This document shows, piece by piece, positions 19,760 to 27,155 of a stretch of DNA of 64,000 bases. Made by a program: the position numbers and the translations under genes. Position 1 is the first letter of the stretch. Each line of letters opens with the position of its first letter. Under the pieces are notes generated by a model. The model did not search any database. It saw only the letters and a program-made list of their open reading frames with translations, and was not told where the DNA came from. Source of the DNA: Rickettsiales bacterium (lineage in GTDB: Bacteria > Pseudomonadota > Alphaproteobacteria > Rickettsiales > JAJNBL01); NCBI GenBank assembly GCA_021156175.1, contig JAJNBL010000010.1:19242-83241 (forward strand), read 5' to 3'.

Positions 19760-20641
19760 TCAGATTTCATCACCTGCTTCTACCTGTTTCGGCTTCCGGC
19801 TGACGATGATCGCAACCCCCGCAACAGTAAGGAAAAGGCCAGAGAACATCACAAAGTTAATCTGTTCGCCTAGGAATGCCACCGCGGCCAATACCCCAAA
19901 ACACGGCTGGAGCAGGGAGTAAGGCGCCACGGTACTTACCGGATGATGGCTTAATAAATAGAACCACAGCCCATGCGCGCCTATTATAATGACGAAGGTA
20001 ATATAAAAGAAGGCAAGCCAGGCATCGAGGGGTGCGGTCATGAGCGCCTGCATCTGGTTATCCTCAAGAATCAACGAAACCAGGCCGAGCTGGGGAGCTG
20101 TGATGAGGGAAAGCCAGGCAAGGAATCCAAAGACGTTCTTTTTCTGTGCGATTTGGCGCAATTGGATACTGTAAATTGCCCAACCGATCGTGCTTCCAAC
20201 CACCAATAGAAAAGGAAGAATGTTATTAGAGACATTGGGAATCACATAAAGGAAGGCAATCCCGATAAAAGAAAGCAACATCCCCACCACGCTCCGCCAG
20301 CCGATATCTTCTTTCAGGAACAGGAACCCAAAGAGAAGCGCAAAAGGAACGCGAAGCTGATCCACAATCACGCCGACCGAAGCATTTACGCCCAAGCGTA
20401 AGCCCAAATACATGAATCCAAAATGGAGAATGCCTAAGGAAAGGCTGATCTTCCAGAGAGTAAAGAATGAGATATCCGGGCGTTTTACGAAGGGCAGAAG
20501 CACTACGGCAACCACAGCAAGTCTCAAAGTAAGTAAGAAAAAAGCTGGAAAATGGGCAAGCGCAGTTTTGGCTACCACAAAGTTTACCCCCCAAAGGAAA
20601 GTAACTAGTATCGCCAAAAACACATGCATCGGTGAGCGCAT
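19760..20641 (-). CDS. EamA/DMT-family transporter
   Basis: 293 aa, about 10 TM segments, duplicated EamA architecture. Confidence 0.85.
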   Translation of the reverse strand: MRSPMHVFLAILVTFLWGVNFVVAKTALAHFPAFFLLTLRLAVVAVVLLPFVKRPDISFFTLWKISLSLGILHFGFMYLGLRLGVNASVGVIVDQLRVPFALLFGFLFLKEDIGWRSVVGMLLSFIGIAFLYVIPNVSNNILPFLLVVGSTIGWAIYSIQLRQIAQKKNVFGFLAWLSLITAPQLGLVSLILEDNQMQALMTAPLDAWLAFFYITFVIIIGAHGLWFYLLSHHPVSTVAPYSLLQPCFGVLAAVAFLGEQINFVMFSGLFLTVAGVAIIVSRKPKQVEAGDEI

Positions 20642-20729
20642 AATATCCCTAAAGTTCCCGGTATGATTCCGAGTGTAGAGCGGGAGTATTAAGATTTCGT
20701 GTATAGTTTAGCGGGAGGACGGGGTATTA

Positions 20730-21251
20730 TTAAAACGCCAGCACATTCGCTGTTTGGCCATAAAAAGGATCGGTGCTGCCACCAAAAGGGTCAAAACTTG
20801 CTTCGCGGACGGATAAATCATCCTCATGGAAAGGGAATTTCCAACCACTAAATAGCGCAGAACGGTAAGGTTTTTCGTCGATCCAGGTATCCTTGTCCCG
20901 CAAATCATCACCATAACCGCGATCGATCATTCCTCCACTCAAGTAGCTTGACGTATAGTAGGTGCAATAACGATTTCCGGCTGTCCAGCCCTTATTGTAA
21001 TGAGCGTTGTACATCATCGGGCCATTTACTTTCACACTCATTTTGCTGCGGTAGAAATCGTTGCTATAGGCCGTCATGCCCGTTTCGCAGCCATCTTCCC
21101 AGCCGGCGATATATTCTTTTGGGCCTTCTGTTGGGGCTTTAGGCATTCCGGCGATGCCTCCCATTCCTGTAAGTTTGGAAGTCGAGCAGGCGGAGGTAGT
21201 ACAAATAAGGAAAAGGATAAGTAAGAGAGAACGTAAAATCTGTTTTTTCAT
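20730..21251 (-). CDS. Lipoprotein of unknown function (paralog A)
   Basis: Internal start MKKQILRSLLLILFLICTTSAC with a lipobox. Core GWEDGCETGMTAY...GWTAGNRYCTYYTSSY is shared with the upstream gene. The track start at 21368 was rejected. Confidence 0.6.
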   Translation of the reverse strand: MKKQILRSLLLILFLICTTSACSTSKLTGMGGIAGMPKAPTEGPKEYIAGWEDGCETGMTAYSNDFYRSKMSVKVNGPMMYNAHYNKGWTAGNRYCTYYTSSYLSGGMIDRGYGDDLRDKDTWIDEKPYRSALFSGWKFPFHEDDLSVREASFDPFGGSTDPFYGQTANVLAF

Positions 21252-21297
21252 AATGTTTCTCCCACTTTTAGGAGTTTTTAGAATTTGACAATACATT

Positions 21298-21657
21298 CTA
21301 TGAAGTCCAGTTGTTCGTATACCATCGACAATGCCGGAAACCCAGTTCCCAGGCTCCGTGATATTCATCGTTATCCAGCATCGCTACATCGTATTTATAG
21401 CCATATGCTACCTTGTACTGGAGCGATCCATAGGCCGCCATGCCGCTTTGACAGCCATCTTTCCAGCCAGAACGGAAGCCAGGTGTGCCGCTCGGAGCGC
21501 CATCGATCATGCCGGTGGTCAGGCCATAAGGTTCAGGTTGGTTGAGGCTCGTACAAGCAGGGAGGCTAAGCAATGAAACCAAGGCGGTCCGGCGTAGAGT
21601 CTTTTTTACGGACCGTTTCAGGGGTATTGCTTTTCTCGTCAATCGTTCGAATAACAT
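21298..21657 (-). CDS. Lipoprotein of unknown function (paralog B)
   Basis: Lipobox LSLPAC. Core GWKDGCQSGMAAYG...AWELGFRHCRWYTNNW is homologous to paralog A. Confidence 0.6.
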   Translation of the reverse strand: MLFERLTRKAIPLKRSVKKTLRRTALVSLLSLPACTSLNQPEPYGLTTGMIDGAPSGTPGFRSGWKDGCQSGMAAYGSLQYKVAYGYKYDVAMLDNDEYHGAWELGFRHCRWYTNNWTS

Positions 21658-21826
21658 ATATTTCTAGAATTAGCGAATTAGTTTCTCCGCTTATACAGCC
21701 CAGGTGAGGGGTTGTCAATCATATTTTTAATATTATGGAAGGATGGAATCATTTCTCGTTTAAAGAGAATACTAGGCTCCCGGGTAACATAAACCGGCGG
21801 ATTCGCGTAAATCCTTGAATAAACAA

Positions 21827-21855
21827 TTCACAGTAATGTGTGAGGGTGCTATACT
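21827..21855 (+). promoter_or_regulatory. Candidate sigma-70 promoter of ssrA
   Basis: TTCACA, a 17-nt spacer, then TATACT. This places a start near 21860, at the GGGTGT that can pair with ACACCC at 22207. Confidence 0.4.
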
Positions 21856-22250
21856 TAGGGTGTCTCGAAAGGGACTATGGCAATAAACGCGGCTTGGAAT
21901 AAGCGAGACGGACCCGGGGGCGGTACCCGGCGCCTCCACCTGAGCAGGTTTTTAAAACCTGCTCAGGTGGGGGCGAAACAGGATCGACGTGCGTAGTAAA
22001 GGAGAAGTTTTTGCCCGGTATGATACTGCCGGCGGCTTTTTAGCCGTATGTGGTCACAATGATAAATGCAAACGATAACGTTGCATTCGCTGGTATTGCT
22101 GCTAACGACAATGTCGTTGCAGCTCGCGTTGCTCAAGCTGCCTAATTAGGTGCTTTTGCGACCATACTACTAGCGCGGTTCGGGGGCACCGGGCAACAGA
22201 AGCCCCCACACCCTAAGAAACCCGTTTTGGCGAGCTGCGAACTTCGGATT
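21856..22250 (+). ncRNA. ssrA: Circularly permuted two-piece tmRNA precursor; outer boundaries are approximate. Acceptor piece runs to 21940, intervening hairpin 21941-21968, coding piece from 21969.
   Basis: T-arm CCGGG-GGCGGTA-CCCGG followed by CGCCTCC-ACC (21931-21940). The 5' acceptor strand GGGGGCG at 21969 gives a 7-bp stem with the G3:U70 alanine identity pair. GGATCGACG element is present. The tag ORF starts at GCA 22068 and ends at TAA 22143. TTAGGGTGT (21855) is complementary to ACACCCTAA (22207). Confidence 0.85.
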
Positions 22251-22254
22251 TTTT

Positions 22255-22335
22255 TTGCGCTTCGTTGCTCACGTACGTTTAAGTACGCTCCGCTATGGTG
22301 CTCTAAAACCCTTGTTCTCGCTCCCCCAAACAATT
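22255..22335 (+). repeat. Dispersed imperfect-palindromic intergenic repeat, copy R1
   Basis: ttgcgcttcgttGCTCACGTACGTTTAAGTACGCTccgctatggtgctctaaaaccc aligns by eye with copies at 25298, 43409 and (inverted) 46700. Confidence 0.65.
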
Positions 22336-22487
22336 TTCCAAGAAAGTTTGTCCAATTTATTTGAATACGAAAGAATCCCTGCATTATAACTTTACATTCA
22401 CAAACTAGGCGGTATTTTTAACTCTTGCATAAGAATTGCGTGGTAAAGTACGCTTGAGTTAGATGGTGTAACCCTAAAAGGTCCAAT

Positions 22488-23006
22488 ATGCAGGATGATT
22501 TCATTAATTACGGCGAGTTAATTGACGACGCCATGCACATTATTGTAAAGCGTGCATTGGAAATCGTTCGAGAACAAGGGCTCCCGGGAGATCATCATTT
22601 CTTTATATCCTTCCTCACCCATTATCCGGGCGTGCAGATGTCCCGTTCACTTAAGGATAAATATCCTGAGGAAATGACGATCGTGCTGCAGTATCAATTT
22701 GAAAACCTTATCGTGACCGATGAAGGTTTTGGTATCACGCTCAGCTTCGATAATATCAAAGAGCGTCTGGAAGTGCCATTTGCGGCATTAACCGCGTTTG
22801 CGGATCCGTCTGTGAAATTCGGCCTTCAATTCCGTCACATCGAAGAAGATGAAGCGGAAGGCGAAGAAATTCCTGTTGCCGAAGTGCGCGACTTTGTCTC
22901 TCCTGATGCGGGAGCGGTGGTAGGTAGTCAAGCACACACAGGCAAAAAACCTTCTGCCGGTGATAATATCATCGCGCTCGATGCATTCCGTAAGAAAAAG
23001 AAATAA
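22488..23006 (+). CDS. sspB: ClpXP adaptor SspB, alphaproteobacterial type
   Basis: LPGDHHFFISFLTHYPGVQMS...YPEEMTIVLQYQFENLIVTDEGFGITLSF...LEVPFAALTAFADPSVKFGLQF, an acidic linker and a basic tail ALDAFRKKKK. It lies directly downstream of ssrA. Confidence 0.8.
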   Translation: MQDDFINYGELIDDAMHIIVKRALEIVREQGLPGDHHFFISFLTHYPGVQMSRSLKDKYPEEMTIVLQYQFENLIVTDEGFGITLSFDNIKERLEVPFAALTAFADPSVKFGLQFRHIEEDEAEGEEIPVAEVRDFVSPDAGAVVGSQAHTGKKPSAGDNIIALDAFRKKKK

Positions 23007-23065
23007 CACCTTTACATGAATCGAGAATGACAACGCTTTTGGTGTAATGCCAGAAGCGTTTTTAT

Positions 23066-23980
23066 TTAACTATCAATCACTTCCTGCAGTTCCTTATGAT
23101 GCCGTGCCTCGCGACGGATTATGTAAACTCCGCTCACGAAAATGACCATAGCGCCGGTGAATGTCCAGATATCCAGTCTTTCATCAAATGCAAAATAACT
23201 GATGATGCTTGCAAAGAGCAACCGTCCGAAATCAAACGGGACAAGGGTCGAGAGTGGCGCTTTGCTGACGGAGTGCGATAAAGCACACTGCGCAATAACG
23301 GAAGCAATCCCAAGGGCAATGAGCCAAAGGAACTGGCTAAAATTTGGCATCGTGAATACAGGTATAACGAAAGGGATCGAAAGCGGGATCATCGCCAGCG
23401 TCATATAAAACACAATGACCGTCGGACGCTCGGTTTTTGTAAGATTTTTGATGATAATACTCGATAACGCCCAGGCAATCGTCGCGGCAATCACTAAAAA
23501 CGATGCTTGATTAAACGTCTCTCGCCCCGGATGGAGGATAATAATCACCCCAACAAACCCTGCAAGCAGTGCCGTCCAGCGATGGATTCCCATTTTCTCG
23601 TTCAAGAAAATCATCGCGGCAATCGCGGTGAAAAGCGGACCGGTGTAACTTAACGCGGTGGCCTCGGGCAGCGGCATCTTAGAAATCGCATAAAACCACA
23701 ACAACATGCCCGCAATCCCCGTGATTCCCCGAAGTGCATGCAAACCAAGATGGTCAGTGCGCAAGACGGAGTATCCGCGTTTCATAACCCACGGAAACAG
23801 CGTAATCAGCCCAAAAATGTTCCGGAACAATACCATCGTGAAAGGATGTAAACCTTGATCGGAGAGGTAATGTATCACCGCCGTCATCGCGGAAAAGAAG
23901 AAGGTGCTGGCAATAAACCACACAATCGCCTGGAGGACGACCGGCAAATCATTATGGGTCTGTTTAATGCGTGCTATCAT
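23066..23980 (-). CDS. EamA/DMT-family transporter
   Basis: 304 aa polytopic membrane protein with duplicated EamA halves. Confidence 0.85.
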   Translation of the reverse strand: MIARIKQTHNDLPVVLQAIVWFIASTFFFSAMTAVIHYLSDQGLHPFTMVLFRNIFGLITLFPWVMKRGYSVLRTDHLGLHALRGITGIAGMLLWFYAISKMPLPEATALSYTGPLFTAIAAMIFLNEKMGIHRWTALLAGFVGVIIILHPGRETFNQASFLVIAATIAWALSSIIIKNLTKTERPTVIVFYMTLAMIPLSIPFVIPVFTMPNFSQFLWLIALGIASVIAQCALSHSVSKAPLSTLVPFDFGRLLFASIISYFAFDERLDIWTFTGAMVIFVSGVYIIRREARHHKELQEVIDS

Positions 23981-23996
23981 GTGGGAGGCTTAATGC

Positions 23997-25253
23997 CTAA
24001 TACTTCGCCAGGAACTGCTTGATATTCCGGGTCGCTTGACGGATACGCTGTTCGTTTTCAACCATCGCAATCCGTACATACTCATCCCCATGTTTTCCAA
24101 AACCAATGCCTGGTGCAACGGCTACGTGGGCTTCTTCGAGCAGTAATTTGCTAAACTCGAGTGACCCCATATGCTGGAATTTTTCTGGGATTTTGGCCCA
24201 GGTGAACATGGTGGCTTTTGGCACAGTGACATTCCATCCGGCGCCATGCAAACCTTTAATCAGCACATCCCGGCGGCCACGATAAAGTGTGCGGATCTCT
24301 TCCAGGCACTCTTGTGGACCATTAAGTGCTGCGGTTGCTGCTACTTGGATGGGCGTAAAGCCGCCGTAATCGAGGTAAGATTTCACGCGGGTAAGGGCGC
24401 TGATGAGCTTCTTATTTCCGCAGGTGAATCCAATCCGCCAGCCCGCCATCGAGTAGCTTTTGCTCATGGATGTAAATTCCACCGCGATATCTTTCGCGCC
24501 CTTGACCTGCAAGATAGAAGGAGGAGGATTATTATCGAAGAAAATTTCGCAATAGGCGATATCCGATAAAATATACACACCGTGATGCTTGCATAAAGCC
24601 ACGATTTCTTCATAAAAATCGATTGTAACTGTTTCCGCCGTTGGATTGCACGGATAGCTAAGTACCAGCGCAACGGGCTTCGGATTGCAGTTTTCGATCT
24701 CTTGCTTTACCTGCTCGACTAATGTGCTTTGGCTTTCATTATTCGGGATCAGCCGAACAGAAGCTTCTGCAATCATAAAGCCAAAGGTGTGGATGGGGTA
24801 GCTTGGGCTTGGGACGAGAATGGTATCACCCGGAGCGGTAATCGCCTTTGCAATGCTTGCCAAGCCTTCTTTAGAGCCAAGCGTTACGACAATTTCAGAT
24901 TCTGGATCGAGTTCCACTCCAAAGCGGCGTTGATAATAGGCTGCCTGCGCTTTGCGCAATCCCGGAATCCCTTTGGACATCGAATAGCCATGGGTCGAGG
25001 GATTCTGTACCGTCTCAATCAGTTTATCGACAATATGCTGCGGCGTCGGTTGGTCAGGATTTCCCATACCAAAATCAATGACATCTCCACCTTTTTTGCG
25101 GGTCTCGGCTTTAAGGCGATTGACCTCTGCAAATACATAAGGAGGAAGCCGGCTGATAGTATGAAATTCGTCGTTTGTTGACACGGGAATGCTCGTCTTA
25201 TTGTTCACGTAAAGCGGGGATTCCGCTTCATTACGCATGTGTTTTTTTGCCAT
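23997..25253 (-). CDS. Class I/II PLP-dependent aminotransferase
   Basis: FGMGNPDQPTP, SKGIPGLR and the SMSKSYSMAGWRIG PLP-lysine motif. The start may be a downstream Met. Confidence 0.9.
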   Translation of the reverse strand: MAKKHMRNEAESPLYVNNKTSIPVSTNDEFHTISRLPPYVFAEVNRLKAETRKKGGDVIDFGMGNPDQPTPQHIVDKLIETVQNPSTHGYSMSKGIPGLRKAQAAYYQRRFGVELDPESEIVVTLGSKEGLASIAKAITAPGDTILVPSPSYPIHTFGFMIAEASVRLIPNNESQSTLVEQVKQEIENCNPKPVALVLSYPCNPTAETVTIDFYEEIVALCKHHGVYILSDIAYCEIFFDNNPPPSILQVKGAKDIAVEFTSMSKSYSMAGWRIGFTCGNKKLISALTRVKSYLDYGGFTPIQVAATAALNGPQECLEEIRTLYRGRRDVLIKGLHGAGWNVTVPKATMFTWAKIPEKFQHMGSLEFSKLLLEEAHVAVAPGIGFGKHGDEYVRIAMVENEQRIRQATRNIKQFLAKY

Positions 25254-25297
25254 ATTGTTAGATAATATGTGTTTTTCTACTATGTTGGCTGCTAAGT

Positions 25298-25372
25298 ACT
25301 GGTTTTCCTAACTTCCGGTGCTCACGCACCTTAAGTACGATGCGCTCCGGCTTCAGGAAAGCTAGTATTTTT
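25298..25372 (+). repeat. Dispersed palindromic intergenic repeat, copy R2
   Basis: ctggttttcctaacttccggtGCTCACGCACCTTAAGTACGAtgcgctccggcttcaggaaagctag. The outer arms are mutually complementary around the central CTTAAG. Confidence 0.65.
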
Positions 25373-25457
25373 CAGCTCACCCTAGTAAAAAATACATACT
25401 ACCTGATGTTTGGGAAAAGTTGTAACAACGGGACTAAAAATACGCCCTTGCCAGTGA

Positions 25458-26936
25458 TTATGCAAGTGCTTTATAGAAAGAAATTGCCCCAATTTCAGGT
25501 TTTGGGGAGGAGGCTGGTTTGCCCGGTTGGGGGGCAAACATCTCGGCCTTAGGCGTCTCGAGATCCTTAATTTCCTGCTTCAGTTCCTGGATATGGCGCT
25601 CTGTCGAGGCATCCGATGCACGAAAGCCACCTTTCTGCCCACGGAGGAAATCTTCTTCTGAGCTCGGGATAGTGAACTCTTTTGTAGGGTCAATTGCCGC
25701 AAGTTCCATCAGCTTTTCCCCACTGTGGGGTTCTAACTCATTAAATGTTCCCTGGAAGGATCCGTTTCCTTGGGCAGGAGCCGTTGGAGCGCTGCCGTTG
25801 TTAAGCCAAGGAAGCGAGTCGTTAGGAACCTCTTTTTGGGTGCGATTGGTCGTGCTGTGAGCCATCCCATCGGACGAAGGATCGCTCGCGCGGTACCATT
25901 CCAATATCTGCTCAGACGAGACGCTAGACTCTCCTTGTTGCGGTGCTGTGCCTGTATTTCCCTGAGGCGTAGGGGCAGCAGAAGTGTATTTTGGTTCCAG
26001 CCACGGTAAAGGCTTATCCGGCGCGTTTGGGTCGTCAGATGATACATCTTTCGGTGTCAGAGGAATTGGCGTTGTTTCTTCCTCTGGAACATAAGGAGTA
26101 GGAGGTCTTTTTACCCGTGGCGGACGCGAAGGCTGCACGCCTATGCCAGGGGTTGCAGAAGGCTCCATAGCCCCCGGTGCAGTCAAGTTACGTTCGCCTG
26201 GAATAAAGGGTTGGGTATAATTCGCATTCGGTGGAGTATATTCCGATTCCCTGTTTCTAAAGCCTTGGGTAAACATACCGCCAGCATAAGGCTGTGCATC
26301 GGGTAAATTGGTCCGTGCATGCATCGGAGGAGGTATCATACCAGGATCTGGCATCATCGCCTGAGGTGTTGCTCCAGGATAAGCTCCCATCGTGCCATAA
26401 GATGGTGCCATGCGGGAGCGAGGCGTAGTGCCAGGATAAGCGCTCTGTCCAGGGTAGCTATCTTGAGGATACGGTGAAGCCGAGGGCATTCCGCCGCCCA
26501 TTCCCATCATGAAAGGATCCATCATGCGAGGGTCATTTGGTGCTTGCATGCCCATACCTTGCATACCCATCATGTTGGGATCACCCGGATAAGGCGTCAT
26601 ACCCCCCATTTGCGGATAAGCCGCACCTGGTGGCGGAGCAAATGGCGTACCTTCTAAAGGAGGAGCTGCATTGGGGCCTGGCTCAGGCAAAGGGCTTTGG
26701 TTACGGTTGATTTGTTTGCGTTCTTTAGGCAAGAATTTCTGGTTAATCGCCATTGCGCCTGGATTATCGCGAGGCAGGCGGCGGTCTTTGAAGAAGGATT
26801 TAGGTGGCTGAACAAAACGGTCGGATCCTGTGATGTCCCGGCGTAATTGGCCACATCCAACAAGGCCTAGGCTTACAAAAGCCAGCAATGAAGCAGTGAT
26901 AACTAATTTACCAAATGTACCGTTTTCCGAACGCAT
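25458..26936 (-). CDS. Pro/Gly/Met-rich low-complexity lipoprotein
   Basis: Lipobox LGLVGC. A long disordered region includes PYPGDPNMMGMQGMGMQAPNDPRMMDPFMMGMGGGMP. LPWL motifs occur twice. Confidence 0.6.
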   Translation of the reverse strand: MRSENGTFGKLVITASLLAFVSLGLVGCGQLRRDITGSDRFVQPPKSFFKDRRLPRDNPGAMAINQKFLPKERKQINRNQSPLPEPGPNAAPPLEGTPFAPPPGAAYPQMGGMTPYPGDPNMMGMQGMGMQAPNDPRMMDPFMMGMGGGMPSASPYPQDSYPGQSAYPGTTPRSRMAPSYGTMGAYPGATPQAMMPDPGMIPPPMHARTNLPDAQPYAGGMFTQGFRNRESEYTPPNANYTQPFIPGERNLTAPGAMEPSATPGIGVQPSRPPRVKRPPTPYVPEEETTPIPLTPKDVSSDDPNAPDKPLPWLEPKYTSAAPTPQGNTGTAPQQGESSVSSEQILEWYRASDPSSDGMAHSTTNRTQKEVPNDSLPWLNNGSAPTAPAQGNGSFQGTFNELEPHSGEKLMELAAIDPTKEFTIPSSEEDFLRGQKGGFRASDASTERHIQELKQEIKDLETPKAEMFAPQPGKPASSPKPEIGAISFYKALA

Positions 26937-27155
26937 AAACCTATTACATTAGCTATAGCCCACGAGACGACTTCCGCTTTGACCCAAATCGGTGGTGCCT
27001 TCTTCTTGTCTACAGCTGAAGTTTTAATATTACGTTAATTCGCTAACAATAAGGAAAAGTCATGATAATATCAATATACAAATTGTGTTCCCTCTTTTAG
27101 TATAGCAGCCAAATGATGTGCTAAGTATTAAACAACCAAGCAAAAACAACTCCTT

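Noticed and set aside
20730-21368. N-terminally extended track starts for several genes. Starts: 21368 for lipoprotein A, 60740 for the hydrolase, 40259 for the M32 peptidase, 41247 for folE, 7310 for ftsA, 51034 for GT2 and 19518 for the transglycosylase.
   Set aside because: The extensions overlap neighbouring genes or lack an RBS. Internal ATGs give canonical N-termini, such as a signal peptide, a lipobox or a conserved first motif.
22142-22384. An 80-aa minus-strand ORF
   Set aside because: It overlaps the tmRNA 3' region and repeat copy R1. It has no RBS and an odd composition. It is most likely a chance ORF.
25340-25552. A 70-aa plus-strand ORF
   Set aside because: It starts inside repeat copy R2 and runs antisense into the 3' end of the lipoprotein gene. 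There is no supporting signal.
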